From Cirrosporium novae-zelandiae (lineage: Eukaryota), in the NCBI GenBank assembly GCA_026023565.1, contig JAPETS010000001.1:1054001-1118000 (forward strand): a DNA stretch of 64,000 nt, given 5' to 3'. Below are positions 1 to 13,934 of the stretch, in pieces. Position 1 is the stretch's first letter; each line of letters starts with the position of its first letter. Made by a program: the position numbers and the translations under genes. Below the pieces are notes generated by a model, which worked only from the letters and a program-made list of their open reading frames with translations, did not search any database and had not been told where the DNA came from.

Positions 1-1439
1 TTGGATTGGCCGGTTGCCGGTATGCAATGTTTATTTAATACGCCTTATGGGGGGGATTGGCTAGTATCAATACCCTGGCGCTTGTACATAAGCGAGAATC
101 ATTACTTACGTACGACGTCGTTGTTTTGGATTCTTCTGAAACATTAATCCGTGGAAAGATCAGAATATTTAACTAGGTGATTTTTACTATTATAATCCCT
201 TCTCAAATGTATAACCTTGATTCCAACAACAAGCCCGAAACTTTTATCAGTATTTTATCGAGCTGCGAGCGATTATTTTATTCTAGATGGCACAAACGAG
301 AATCAATGTCCCCTGGTCCAGAAGGGTTGGAACATGGCCAGATACTTGGCACAGTATTTCTCGAAATGAATACGTTGTTCAATCTTACGCAAGTCATTAT
401 TCTAATAATGTGTAGCATGGTGTGCTAACAAGGTTCACCGAGGTTGCTATTTTTTCGTATCGTTAAGAGAGTTTATCATTCATTTCAATTCAAGTGCCCA
501 TTAGGAGTGGACATTTGAGAATCAACGTCCTGTATTTCTTCACGATCTACTCTACAGCTTGCAGCAGCTATTCTAGCTATACAATAAGAGAGAAATATTA
601 AAACATCTTTGGGGAAAAGTTTTAAGGAAAAGAGGGCTCATTAGCCAAGAGTTATCACACCTCAAAGCAGCATTTCGTATTGGCTATATACCAAATTTAT
701 ATTCTCTGAGAACAATTCGGTTCTGTGTTCTCCAACGCCGAGATGAATTATACAAACATGTTACTCATACGCAAGCAAGCTAATTTCCCAATGCTCGAAA
801 AAAGGAACTAGATATCTTCTACCAACATCAACCTTCAAAAAGAAGACAGAAAGAACCCCCCCCAAACTAAACGATATATCGAATACGAATAAAATACCTA
901 GAAGACCCGCTTAGTGGTATCTATGTATCCGAAAATATATTCAGTTTTAGAAAGTGTCTCGATAAGTTTATGAATAGTCTAGGATTTCTTGGCTTTCATC
1001 TATGTAAATCGATATACCCCCTTTGATTTTATATTTCGACATAGAATCTTAGGGATCAGGTTGCGATATGGTCATCCCTTCATAGGGTAGACTAGCTGAT
1101 CATATTACATGCACAGACAAAGAACTCTAACAAAATAGTCCCTCTAATTATAAGGTCCACGTATCAGCATTTCATCGTGAATACTTGAAAGAAGAAGACC
1201 TTTTGTTTGTGTTGGAATGCTTTCGAGCGCACACTCACTAAAGCTACCGTGGACTACTGTTTATTTCTAATTCTTCGACCTTAATTGAACCTAGCTCGGT
1301 TGCATTGCAGAGACTAGGTAGCTCGCCTTAGACCAAAATCGTGAAAGAACCCCGGGCGCATTTTCATCCATTTCACGCCCTCAGTTCATATTCTATTGTT
1401 ACACACAGCCGCATTGCGAACGACTACCTAGGTAGGTTC

Positions 1440-2161
1440 TTAAGCGGTCGATGCCAAATGCTCTCTGTTTTGAATATAGTTCTTCCGGTGAGGATTTTCA
1501 TCCAGCTCTGGAGCTCTATTCAACGCCGTCCATTTCGGCTCGTCCTGGAAGAGTCTCAAGGCCTTGATGTACTATTCGAATACACAAGTAAGCAAATATC
1601 ATCCATTTCCTGTCTCCCCACCCCAATTATCTCCGAATAACTACACCAACACAGCAGGAAAAAGCTTACATTAGTCTCATCCGTTGTGAACCGATGGTAA
1701 ATCCCAGCGGGCAATACCAACAAATCCCCCAATTCCATCTTAACCCTGACCCACTCATCCCCGTCACTCCTAACATCAAAATACCCCTCCCCGTCTAAAA
1801 TATAACGAATCTCCTCATCCTCATGAAGGTGCTCATTGAAGAACATTTTCACCTTCTCCTCATAGATTTCACCCATAGCAGCAGGGGAAACGACGATGGT
1901 ATCGCGGTTCTTGTAGTTGCGAGCTTTGGCGATCTCGTCAACGAGGTGCGGGGAGGTAGGGGGCAGGTGCTTGTAGATTATGCCGAGCTTACGCAGGTAG
2001 TCTTCCGTGACGGGGCGGTTGGAGTCATGGGAGAGGCGTTGGTCGCCCTGATGGATGGAGTAAAATACTATCAGAAATGTCCCCTCTGGCGAGAATCATA
2101 CGCAGAACGGAGAAATAGCTGACTGACTAACCTCTTTATTGTCGTACCAATATGCTCTCAT
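1440..2161 (-). CDS. ADI1: Acireductone dioxygenase (methionine salvage, cupin); 3 exons 2161-2132, 2047-1670, 1571-1440
   Basis: Spliced product [19 protein letters not shown]...[25 protein letters not shown]...[10 protein letters not shown]...[29 protein letters not shown] metal motif; GT-AG introns keep frame. Confidence 0.95.
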
Positions 2162-3127
2162 TTTTGATTTCACTCGGATTAACTTCTGGAGTGGTGATTT
2201 TTTCCTCCCTCCCTTCTTCTCTTGCTAATACAGTATATTGATGAATAAAAAACTACTTAGCTGAGTGGAGAGAGAATGTGTGTTGTCGCAAGAAATAGTT
2301 AAGTGAGAAAACTTCCCCGCCGTGTCAGCACTTATTATTTCATGGAGGGGAGGGAGAGAATTGGGAAGAAGATCACTCTCGGCCGTTAAAACGATGACGC
2401 GAGGGCACGTGCTAGCAAGGGTACGCAACGAAAAATCTAGCCAGTAAGCAGCTTGTTCAATGTCAGCCAAAATTTATTGTTCCTGGAAGCTAAATAAATG
2501 CCTTGTGCTATAAATATACCAAAGTACGTTCTAACTATTATAAAAAGGTATTTTCTATCTCTTATCTAAATCTTCAACTATCAATGGGATTCATCAGAAG
2601 AGTTTACTTTATTTTGAATCGATAATTGAATTAGGAGCTATGTCTGGAATCCTGGTAGCGGGTAGAAGGTAGGAGGAGTCAAAATGATAGTGTACAGAAT
2701 AGAACTATAAAACCACAATTACGGTAGGACTTTATATATATATATATGAGAAAACGTATAGAGCAAGGACATAAGTTACTTCCTCGTGGAACTGGTTGTT
2801 GGACTTAAGAAGTCAACAGTAAGCTTACTTTTAAAAAGATAGTGCCCAAGGCCGCCATTACGAATACATGTAAATATTTGCTGCTGCTGCTAGTATTCCC
2901 ATGACATAGATTCTGCGTTATACATAGACGGAACCCTGATTATTCAAAAAGGCATATAAAATCGTATTGTTGACCTTATATATCACCTATTTAACACCAA
3001 AGACCTAGATTGGATCCTAATTGGCATGTCCGCCATAGCTTATAAGCGACATGTGGACAATAAATTGAATCATCATCATCAGATCCCAATTAACAAACAC
3101 AAATAATGTCCAGGATATTTGTGAACC

Positions 3128-3874
3128 TTAGACAGCCCTAAATGATTGGTTAAGACCCAAAGGTGATGGAGTTCCGGTAACAACCTCCCACGAAAGCTGC
3201 TTCCCATTCTTGTTTGTGCTCAAAACAGCTTTCAAGTCCTCTTCAATACCATCCTGCAACATAACTTCTCCGGAAGCCTTGATGCTAAACCCTTTCTCCA
3301 GCTTGAAATTCTTTATCAGCTCTATAATAGGACCATCTCTGGTGACAAGGGTATGCTGGCCACTAAACCAAGTAAGGCTAAGAGTATTTAACCCAGGAAC
3401 AGTATGGAGATACCTGTCGAGAAAATTACAGATCGCACTCGGGTCGATAGAGCGGTTGTAATCATCAATGAGAACGAGCTTCAAGTTTCTCACGAAACGG
3501 AGCTTCCCCAGAGGAAGCATGAAGTCAGGTGCGTTTTTAACACCAAATGGATTGCGGTATTTAAAGGTGTTGCAGCCATACATGATGATCGTAGCTTCGA
3601 TGTTGATTTGCGAGCATGTCTGCAAGATTTCAAGGAAAATATTCTTAAATTTGGCTTTCTTTACAGCAGACCTCTGAGCGCTCTCCCAAGCAGCTGATCG
3701 ACGGTTTATGTTGTAATACAGGCGGGGAAGTTCAATAACATCAGTAGTGAGAAGAAGACCGTAGACAATATTGCGGATTTCTGCAGGAAGTTGCAAGAAG
3801 GGGAAGGGGTCTTCTTCTTTGAGAGGCTTCTTGTTCTTGCGAGCCTGGCGACTTCTACGAACACAACCCTTCAT
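3128..3874 (-). CDS. Hypothetical protein with N-terminal F-box-like motif
   Basis: 248-aa ORF; FPFLQLPAEIRNIVYGLLL and ILQTCSQINIEATIIMYGCNTF match a common fungal F-box-like pattern; in-frame TAA 8 codons upstream of the ATG. Confidence 0.7.
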   Translation of the reverse strand: MKGCVRRSRQARKNKKPLKEEDPFPFLQLPAEIRNIVYGLLLTTDVIELPRLYYNINRRSAAWESAQRSAVKKAKFKNIFLEILQTCSQINIEATIIMYGCNTFKYRNPFGVKNAPDFMLPLGKLRFVRNLKLVLIDDYNRSIDPSAICNFLDRYLHTVPGLNTLSLTWFSGQHTLVTRDGPIIELIKNFKLEKGFSIKASGEVMLQDGIEEDLKAVLSTNKNGKQLSWEVVTGTPSPLGLNQSFRAV

Positions 3875-5138
3875 CTCTCCTGTTCTGTGTATTTGTTAAA
3901 ACTCCGAATGAGGCCGAGAGCTTGTAAAGCCGTGACTTTCTTCAGACTTGCCCTTGTCTGGGGGGGCTCAGGAGAGGATATGATCTGTAACCCTGACCAG
4001 GATTAGTCAGCCATATCAGTATTAATGTAAGAAATGCGCTACAGCAAATAGAATAAACAATTAAGAGAGGAGACGTAGTACTAACTATAGGATAGCACCT
4101 ACTCAATAATTTTAATATTAGGTTAGAGATGATTTAAGGAGCAACATAGGGAAATAGCCAAAAAATTATCAAGCTGAAGGTGTTGATAAGTAGTGACAGT
4201 GTAGAGTATTTTAGAAATGAGGAAATAATGCTCTTGTAGCAGAAATAGACGGTAGTGCCATCAGGATGCACAGCCGAAGGTAGTTTTAGTTTTAGTTGAA
4301 TTTTGAGTAATATACATGGCTTGATTAGAAATTAATCTATATACACAGTAAATAAATAGGGCGCAAGATATCCTGCGGATCCCTAATTTTTCGGGACAAG
4401 TTCAAGCATTGTATTGGTCGAGATGGGTGTTTGGGAGGCAAGGCAGAAGGGCTCGAGCAACGAGGCTGCCAATCAAAAAAAGGTAAAAAGCCCTAAGGTA
4501 TTTACATTGAAGGTTAGAGTGAGTCTCTAGGTCATTATATTAGAATCATCATATTAAAATAAGCTACCTTTTAAAGACAAGTGATTAGCTACCTTAATCC
4601 CAAGTCCCCCTTCTCACTGCAGAACAGTGACAGAGCATCACATGTCATTGCATGCAATAATAAACCAGCAATTACCACCCTCTGATGTAGTAGCACACGT
4701 GAGCTGAGCAAGAATAGAAGAGCGATAAATTACCTACTAACGACAATGCATAGCATCAACCACTTCCTGAATTGGTTGTCACGCTTCTTATACCCCCACA
4801 ACGCAGTGACTTGTCGAAGGGTTACACCAAAGTCGACCGATTTTATAGTCAAATTATGTATAGGAACCAGATACATGTAAAAAATGTACTGGCTTAATCT
4901 TCCTTGTCTATTCATCGTACTGAACCTTTTGTTTTCGAGCAAACTTTCGAGATCAAGGTTTTGATCGAGTGAGTCATAATTGGCGGATATGTAATAAATG
5001 TTCTGAGCCTTGTATTCAGGACGGCTTTTGAAAGAGAGGAGTTCGGGATGTCTTCGAACTGTAGGATTGACGGCTGGATTAATGACTGCACATGATATAA
5101 GATTCTGTTTCTACCGCATTGTCTTATTAGAAGTTTTG

Positions 5139-6468
5139 TCATATAGACTCCCCTGGCAGCGATCCAGGAATTGATAAGGTAGCTTGACTACCCTGACCCC
5201 TTCTCCATCTCAACCCTTCCATCTCTAGTCTTTCTCTCTCCAACCTATTTTCTTCTTCAATTTCTCGACGAGCTTCTTCCCGCAACTCCCTCTTGATTTG
5301 GGGATCCAGCTCTGCATGCTCACTGTTACCACGGCCTCTGGTATTTTTCTTTCTCGGCCAGATGTTCGGCAGTCGGACTTGCTGGAATCGTGGCTCTACA
5401 CAGCGGTCATCAAACCACGCATGTAGTCGGGATTCAACAAGTTGAGCAATCTTTGGGACGTCTTGAAGGCGCGATCTTGATCCCACTAGAGACCGAACAC
5501 TAAAATCAAGTCGATAGTCGTCAAGGAATGAGAATGCCAAAGTCATAGGTGTCGGGCGTCCATCATCTGTGGACTTGGAAGACGACACAAACGATATCGA
5601 AAGAGTCCCACTAAATCTGACGACCGAAACAGCTAACGCAACAGGAAGAACCGCAACCAATGGCCTCGGATAATTGAGGATAAGTTTTGTCTCGACCCCA
5701 AGAGTGATAAAATCACTTAGATCTACATCCATGCGAGCTTGTAATCGGGTGCCATCTCCCTTCGCTTGTGTCGTCTGAAATCCTTCCTCATCGACTGGAA
5801 TGATGCGACAATTGCTGAATATGGGAAAATCCTCGCCGAGACTTATTTCGGTGACTTTAATGTCTCCAACGAAGGGTGGCTTATGAGGTCCATTAAGAGC
5901 GGATGTTAGACTGCTGAGAATAACGTCGCCTTCCTGGGCATCATTCCTAAACTGCGCGATCATTTGAGCTACAAGCACGTTGAACCAATCAAGGCTCTCA
6001 GGCTGGTGCGAGTCCACATTGTAATATGTCTTACTAAGGATAGATTCAATAGATAGTGAAGGAGTATTTCGTAATATGCTAGAAGCCTTTTTGCGAAGAG
6101 AATTCTTATGAGGAGACTGGGTGCCCAGGTGTAGTGATAGCGAACGTTTATGAGCGAGAGTGCGTTGACGGCGAGCGGTGGCTCGTAGGTCTGCAATTTG
6201 GTCGGGATTGGGTGGGTCGCCAAAGATAAAGAATTTGATGAAAGCCCCAAGTATTAAAACAATAGACAGCTGACCTATGAAGAAGCCTTGCGTAAAGGAC
6301 AAGCTGTGTGGGGATTAGCCATTTCTAAAGCGCTGAACATGTAGCGGAGGAGGGTTTCAGACCTTGACTGGCTTGGGTGTGGGAAATCATCTTCAGACGC
6401 TCTTGCTTAGCAATTGAAAATGGTAATCGATATAAAGAAAGGGCATACATACCTTGAGAAGTAGACAT
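5139..6468 (-). CDS. MMM1: ERMES subunit Mmm1 (SMP lipid-transfer domain); two short 5' exons then main exon
   Basis: Spliced N-terminus [27 protein letters not shown]; motifs [48 protein letters not shown]. Confidence 0.95.
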
Positions 6469-6847
6469 GCTAAGGGGGCCTTCTGGAGATTCTCCCCAAA
6501 TCCATTTCATGAAGTGGTAAATTTTGATTTCGGAACGCGTACCAAGTATTGAAATGCCACGTTATGACGAACAAGCCAAACTCAGAGCTTTATCGCTATC
6601 TGCCGGCTAGTGTCAGTGCGTCGGGAGCCCCCCCCCCTCCCCCATTGATGTCACTTGTTAGGTCTCATTGCTGTGGCGCAAAAGATAGCTTTGTGCGGCG
6701 ACAAAACAGAACGTGAAAAGGAACACCTGGCCGAAAAAAAGTTTTACCATGAGGTTTCAAAAGCTCTGTACTCTCCTTTGAGGAGTTTTACGCAGTTGAA
6801 GATCTATCAGATTTTTCCCACCTTTTCATCAAATTATCCTATTCACC

Positions 6848-7819
6848 ATGAAGATTGCCACCCCCCTCCAAATAGGCCTCCTGGGCATACTTCCACTTTT
6901 CTCAACAGCCTTTGCTCGAAAGCCTTCAGATGCTATCCGACTCTCCAAGGTACATAGCCTTACCCTTCGCACAAATGCTAAAACAACCCATCGCCGAGGC
7001 CCCGCGTTTCCTCAACTGCAGTGTGTAGGTGGCAACGCAAAAGGCCTCTACGAAGTTGATGTCATGCAATGCAAGAACCAGGGATCAGACTACGATGATG
7101 AGAATATTCAGTGGGCATGTACAGCATCTCTGCCAGAGGAATTTAAACTTGGGAGCACAGATGTGATATGTGAGGGATATGACTCACCTGAAGATCCATA
7201 TGTGCTGAAGGGTAGCTGTGGGGTGGAATATCGCTTAATGCTCACACCCTCGGGGGAAGATCGGTTTGGCAGAGATAGAGATCCTGACTGGGATGGTTTT
7301 AATGGCGGGACAACCTCGAAGTGGGTCACTATTATTTTCTGGGTTCTGTTCATCAGTGTTGTCTGTGCTATGATATGGTCTGCTTTTTTTAGCCGAACTC
7401 GAAGACTTGGAGGCAATCTAGGAGGCAATGATAATCCATGGCATGGTGGTGGTGGTGGCGGTGGTGGCGGCGGCGGAGGAGGATGGGGGCCAGGAAATGA
7501 CCCACCCCCTCCATACGACTGGCAGCCTCCTCAGAAGTCGAGAAACAACAATGGTTATAACTATGGAACGAACCGACCAAACCAAGGCGGCCAAGGGTGG
7601 AGGCCTGGATTTTGGACTGGTGCTTTGGGTGGTGCTACCGCTGGATATTTGGCTGGAAATAGGGGACATAACCAGGCCAACAATGGTCGGACAGACAACA
7701 GCACATGGGGTGGAAGCGGCTCTTCGAACAGGGGAGGTTCTTCAAGCTCAGGAAGTTCTGGCCCTTCATTTTCGACACGTCATGAAAGCACCGGTTTTGG
7801 GTCCACTAGTCGACGATGA
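6848..7819 (+). CDS. SARAF/TMEM66-like (DUF1183) single-pass membrane protein
   Basis: Signal peptide, Cys-rich lumenal domain (QCKNQGSDYDDENIQWACTASLP, VICEGYDSPEDPYVLKGSCGVEYRL), TM helix, Gly-rich tail ending STGFGSTSRR. Confidence 0.9.
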   Translation: MKIATPLQIGLLGILPLFSTAFARKPSDAIRLSKVHSLTLRTNAKTTHRRGPAFPQLQCVGGNAKGLYEVDVMQCKNQGSDYDDENIQWACTASLPEEFKLGSTDVICEGYDSPEDPYVLKGSCGVEYRLMLTPSGEDRFGRDRDPDWDGFNGGTTSKWVTIIFWVLFISVVCAMIWSAFFSRTRRLGGNLGGNDNPWHGGGGGGGGGGGGGWGPGNDPPPPYDWQPPQKSRNNNGYNYGTNRPNQGGQGWRPGFWTGALGGATAGYLAGNRGHNQANNGRTDNSTWGGSGSSNRGGSSSSGSSGPSFSTRHESTGFGSTSRR

Positions 7820-8229
7820 TGCTGACTCGATTTTTTACCTCTCACTTACGGTGATGTTTTGTTTATTAGTAAGGATCCTAATGGTAGGGTAGACTATAGG
7901 CCAAGAATGACATTATGATTGAATATGCTTCAGTCTAGAGGTATTGCCGAAGATGATAATTAAAAAGACTATATAGGCTGCTAAGATGCCAAACCAGTGT
8001 ATAATACAAGCACCGGCAGGAGAAAAAAAAATATCCCGGCTGCAACGTGTTCAAAGGAGTTCTTCATAAAGCATCTCCATTAACTTTTTGACCCAGCAAA
8101 ACATATTCTACTCACAGGAGACACGGCCTTTCCACTACGAACGTAACGTTCAATCATTACTCAAGGCATAATGTTCATGGCTCACCTGCAGATGAGGTGG
8201 GCAAAAAACCAAACGCCGCGATACCTTCT

Positions 8230-11200
8230 TTATTTATTAGCCATAACATCGACATAACCCGTTCTCTTCTTGTGTTTCCTAATCGTCCCACCCTTTCGCG
8301 CAGTCGGTGCACCCAATAAATCATCAATGGAGCTCGCATTGCTCAGTGGTGTTGAAATTCTAGAAGGGGGTCCAGATGGTAGTGGTTTATGAGCACCAGG
8401 TGGTCCATTCAATGATGGTGGACCTGTAGGAGTAGAATTATCTCCTGGGGATAAAGCTGAATATCTAGAGTTGGCTGGAGAGATGGACACTGAGGGTGGC
8501 CTTGGTCCAGACGAATTTGTTATGAGAGGAGCTGATGTAGGATCGGGTGTTTGAGACGTCATTGGAGCAGGTATTGCTCGTGGCGGTGCTGAAGCATGAG
8601 AAGACAATGATGGTGAGCTGAATGTCCTTGTAGGGCCTCGTTTCGGCGGGGGCGGAGTCGATGTGGGGGCAGGAGTTGATGATCCAGCTTTCTTGTTAAC
8701 CCACTTCTTCAGGTCTGGATCATAATAGAATGAGCTCTCCTCGCCAAGTTTGGCCTTTATAGGTCCGTTTTGGCTATTTCGTTTAGAAAATAAACTACCA
8801 AACCATCCTTTTTTGTCACCTTGGGTAGAATCTCTTTTGGCTAGTGATTTGTTAGTATTGTAGTCATCAATGCTGGGAAACAAGGCTCACCGTCTGCTTC
8901 AGCAGCTCGCTTAACAGCTTCATCAGCTTCTCTATCTTTGCGAGCCTTATCGGACTTAATAATTGCTGCTGCTTTCGCCTCAAAGTCATCATCATCATCG
9001 TCCATAAATGATTTATTTTTTGGTTTTGGCTTCTCAGATGAATCGTTTTCGTCCTCATCGTTATTCGACTCCGCAGGAGGTGCATAACCATCATCTGCTG
9101 GAGGTTGATATCCGAAGGAAGGTGGCTCATATGATGGTGGATTATAGCCAAGTGAGTTTTCATTTATAGTCGACCCTTGGCCCGAGTCAGAAACGTGATC
9201 CCCCACAACCGAGAATAGATTTTCTGTTGTAGTAGGCTCATAAGACGTCGGCATATAAGGCGTAGAGGGTTCGCTTGGCATAGGCATGTAGCTCTGAGTC
9301 TGTTGTGAAGGAATTGAAGCACTGGTAGGTTGTGGCATAGGGTATGCGGGCTGAGATACTGAGCGAGGAGATACCAGAGGCTCTACGGTTAACCCCCCTG
9401 GAGCATATGGGCTAACTTTGCGAGTTTGGCTGGACTGTCTCTGTTGGTCTGATGATGACCGTGGAGTGTAACGACCATTTGGAACATATCGAGAGTTACC
9501 ATTGGCCTTTGGTGGGCTGTTGCCAATCATTGTGTTATATAAATCGGAAGTAGACGCAGAAGGACTGATATTGGGGGTTCCTGCAAGTTTAGAGAATGGC
9601 CCAACATCAGCATTATTGCTGTTGTTCTTGGCTTTTGATTCTGCATTGTCGTCACCGGAAACAAAGCTGTTAAATAGTTTGGACATCGTGCCAGACATCT
9701 TATCCATGCTTGTTTTTGTAATCCAGGAGGAGTCATCGCTGGGTGCCCGGTGCAATCTGGAGGATAAATCATCCAATATTGACATGAGACCTAGACCAAC
9801 ACTTGGGGAAGGGCTCCTCGCCATTTTGCTAACCACGCTACCGATAATGTCACAATATTGAAGGGCTTCAGAGGTGAATCCGCCCTCAGCTAGCATCAAG
9901 GCATGATACAGTTTGTGGAATTGCATATATTGAAATGTAAGTATAGTCGGCGAGGACGAAAGAACTGACAAGGCAAACTCATAGACCTCGGTGAGAAGAA
10001 TGGCATCGATGTCGCGGGCAAAATCAATAGGTCTCTGGAAGTGGTTTGCCCCAAGAAGAATTAGTGGAAATTGGAGGTCATTAGGTACCCCAGAAACGTT
10101 TGAAGCAGAGGACCGAGCAAAAAGTTGACAGATATGAGCTGCTTCTGTTCTTCCATAGCCCGTAAGTAAACGCGCAAGAGCAGCTAGACCCTTCTCATCC
10201 TCAGGGGTTCGATTCCTCAAAATCAGACTCAAAGTCTCTCGCCATCTGTCTAGGCCATCAAGGGCATTTTTCGTCGGACCAATGCTGGACACTGTGCTCA
10301 CCATTTGAAGACCAGCACGAGCGGAGGGAGGAACAAGCTCATCAATACTATCATCCCAATTACCGGCAAAGATCTCATAGAGCGCGGCAAGAGACTCGGT
10401 ATTGTTCCCGATGATTTTAACTTCTTGTCTCACAAATTCTTGAATAACCTGCTTCCAAACATCTTTGCTCAACGTGGAAGATATTATCATCGCATGGGCC
10501 CAGAGACGGTGGTCAACCGCATGCCATACGGCTTTAGAACGATCCCCATGAAGGAGATATTTCCGTAATTGATTCACGGTGGTAGGATCAACCGGCTCGG
10601 CTCTGACTTCTGTTCCATTTGGGTTTGAGATGCCTGCAAAATCTGCACCCGCCGTAAAAGACGCCTGCCCATTATTATCTTGCTCTAACCCTTGAGGGTT
10701 AAGAACCTCGGCAACAGCTCGATCAACCTTTTCATTTCCGCTAAAGGTACCATCATTTTCGACAAGAACCTTGACTATCTTCCATAGCAGGATTTTCTCC
10801 TCATGTCGCTTCCACGGATCAGGGAGGCTACCATCTGGTTGTAAATTCTGGAACTGCCCCTCAAGACCGGCTATTGCATCGGTCAACCAGTTTAAGACAT
10901 GTTTTTTCTGACCTTTAGATTTAAGTGGCCCAGGGAATTTAGCAAGCTGATCAGGAAGAGGAAATATATCTTTGGCAGAGCGGATGTGCACTTCGCCAGG
11001 GCTACATTTGATCTGTGGAATGACCTGCCCTGCAGAATATCTTGGAGTTTGTTGGGGGAAACTGCTCACGATCGTGCCACCGAAACCAAATACAACGATG
11101 GGACAGCCCCTCCAGCGCTGCAGAGGGTCTTGTTCTCGGCCATCTGTTGGAGGAATAAAGTTTAGCTCCTGAGAAAGCCTAAGTCTGTTGTGTAGCGATG

Positions 11201-13934
11201 AGAACGAAACGTCAACGGTTGGAGACGTTGGGTCGTTCACAGAGGCAGGACGTTCATAAGGTGGGTGGGAAATAATGGGTAAACCCCGGCCTGACATTAG
11301 GCTTGGCGATTGCGTGTGAGCTCGCTGTGGCGGTACAATTGGCATTTCTAAAGTCTGCCGGCCATTGCTAAGACGAGGATAGTGCTGAGGTGCCTCAGGG
11401 CTATACTGAGGAGCAGCAAATGCCTCACGAGGCGGTGACATCATTGGTGGAGCATTTGTGATGGAATTTGAGGCGAAGGTTTCATACGGAATATATGGAC
11501 CAGTTTGTTGAGGTTCAATAGCAGGAATCGAGTTTCCAGTAGCATTTGTTTCCCAGAGATCATCGCTGCGCCTCCTCGTGTTATGTTCAGTACCCTGCTC
11601 AAAGCCAGTGTACACAACCTGATTAGGGAGACTTTGGTTTCGATGAAGGGGATTTGAAGAAGAGGAAGGAGCAGAAATAGTAACCGGTGGATGTTGTTGT
11701 TGTTGTTGTTGTTGTTGTTGAGGAAACGGTTTCGCTTGTGCCAAAGGGCTAGATGTCCTAGGCTGATACGGCAAAGGCCGATGCTGAACAGGAGGGGCTG
11801 CCGGGGGAGCTGCATATTTGGTTCGCCCTGGAGCGACATGGCCCAAAGGCTGCGGGGCTGGAGAGTACCTTGAAGTGTGTGAACTAGGTGCCTGAGGAGG
11901 TGGAAGTGGTTGCGAAGGTTGACTGTAAGGGTTGACTCTCTCAGGGGATTGTAACTGGTATTGGGGATATGGATCAGGAGGTTGATGACCTTGAAATGGT
12001 TGAGACTCACGCCGCCTTGGTGGTGGTGGTGGAATAGATCCTGATCGCGGTAGTGGTGTATTCACCTGGGGAGAATTTCTTCCCGTATGCACTGCTACAT
12101 GCCGTGGCTTGGCATCAATAGGTAAATCTTCAAAGAAACTGCTCGAGCTAGCTTTGGGTTTCAACGCGGGACGGCTCCGGGAGAACTCAGGAAGTTCTAA
12201 TGGTGCTTGAAAAACTTGATCACCATGACTAGACTGTGGGGGCGACATATCTGACGAGGAAGCTATAGATCGGGTTTGGGAAGATATAGGAGCGGGTGGC
12301 ATTGTGGAGGCTTGGCTAGGTCCGAAGGAGCTGCTTCGAGGAGGAGGCTGAGGTCCTGTAGCAAACCCACCTTGATTTCCCTGAGGTTGGTATAACTGGG
12401 GTCTACTAACTCTATGCTTTGGCCGGTTCATGTCAAACGGCAAATCATAAGGAGAATGATAACCGCCCTTAGATTTGTCCACAAAACTTTCGGCCTTTGT
12501 CAGCATGTTTGGCCTCGAAGCAGGCTGCTCAAATGGTGCTCCAGCGAAGTATGGTGATGTTGATGGATTACTGGAGGATATAGTATGATTTGGTCGAGTA
12601 GAAGAGTATGTTTCATGGTTTTGTTCGTAACTAAAACCCCGAGCACCATTTGGGTGTTGGGGGGCTGTATGATTTGATGGTTCCTGGCTCATTTGTGCCG
12701 AATATTGTTGTATTGGGGATGATTCAGCCCCAGCCAAGTCATGAGATATAGCAGCAGCTTCTTCAAGGAAGCCTTCTCCGTCGTCTTCAAAAAAGGCGGC
12801 CGGTTCTGCTGATTCGGCATCTTCATCCAAGAATTCGTCATCACTCAGAGCAGCCTCCCAAAAGGCCGCAGAACTAGCATCACCTCTTCTGATAACGCTT
12901 TTTAAACGACGGTGTCCATGATTACCATGCGATTGAAACCGCATCGAGTTGAGAACATGTGCGGTGTTCTTCCGATCAGGGTTTGGGGGTCTTGTTTCGT
13001 ATGATTCCTTGGAGTTGAGTGGCTTGTTGAAGAAGCCCTCTTCAGCGTCGTTCCCGGATTGGCCGAACGCGCCTATTGCTTCATCCTGGAGGCCAACCTT
13101 GGAAGTTTGAGCTTCATTATCGTGTTCCGATACTAACGGGATACCTTCTTCAAACCTAGCCTCAGCGTCGGATGGAGTCCGTATATGCTCTTCATTTCCA
13201 CCAAATTCATTAACAATATGATTTTCCTCATTGTCACCAAACTGATCTTCAAGCGCTTCATCTAGAGTATGCTTATAGCCATTTCCTTCTAGAGTTGCAT
13301 GGGTTATCTCAATCTTGTTGTCATGGATTGGCTCTGTGCTATGTAAAGGAACTTCCGGAAACGAATTCGTACGCTCGATTGAGTCTAACATTTTGAAGCT
13401 TTCGGTATGAGTTCTTTCCAATCCCCAAGCTGGGTCAATGCCTTTAATTTTTTCCTCATGTGACTCCTCCCAAAAACTAGAATGCGATGTGTTTTCTGTA
13501 AGTGCTTTTGTTTTAGGTGGTTCGGCTGTTGTAGAATTTTGCCCGGCCAGTAAGTTTGGAGTTTCTTGTGCTCCTAGGAGTTCGGGGTCTGAATTTGAGT
13601 CGCTTTTAGATGGATCTAAGGCAGGAGTCTTTGCATCAGAGTCATCTTCCCCTTCCTCCTCCTCTTCGGATTCTTCTTCGGATTCTACCATGTTTCCATT
13701 TGTGTGGTTTTGGTTTCCGACCGATACAGCGACTGGTGGATGAGGATTATCTTTTAACTCGTCATCTTCATTGTCGTCTGATCCATCTGTCTCATCATCA
13801 TCTTCCTCATCACGTATCATGGGAATTTCACGTTCCGTCCTCGATCCCGGAGCAAGGGCCGGAATTGAAGCCCCACTTGTTCCTACCTCCAACTCGCCAC
13901 TTCCACCTTCATTATTTATTATTTCTGAACTCAT
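8230..13934 (-). CDS. SEC16: COPII coat assembly scaffold Sec16; intron 8841-8890
   Basis: Long low-complexity N-terminus; core motifs FGFGG, FPGPL, LWAHAMIISS, WRETLSLIL; C-terminal KAKLGEESSFYYDPDLKKWVNK and GYVDVM; gtgagc...ctaac...tag intron joins the two ORFs. Confidence 0.93.
11692..11720. repeat. (TTG)n/(CAA)n microsatellite encoding poly-Gln in Sec16
   Basis: tgttgttgttgttg... run seen directly. Confidence 0.9.

Noticed and set aside
177..428. 83-aa ORF and nearby intron-like signals
   Set aside because: GTG start, no recognisable homology, no coherent gene model.
4730..5142. Two short minus-strand ORFs downstream of MMM1
   Set aside because: Lie in the probable 3' UTR; no motifs.
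8841..8890. Apparent frameshifts or splits in SEC16, formin, MSS1, TRS120 and NAM2
   Set aside because: All explained by ordinary GT-AG introns; not pseudogenes or programmed frameshifts.
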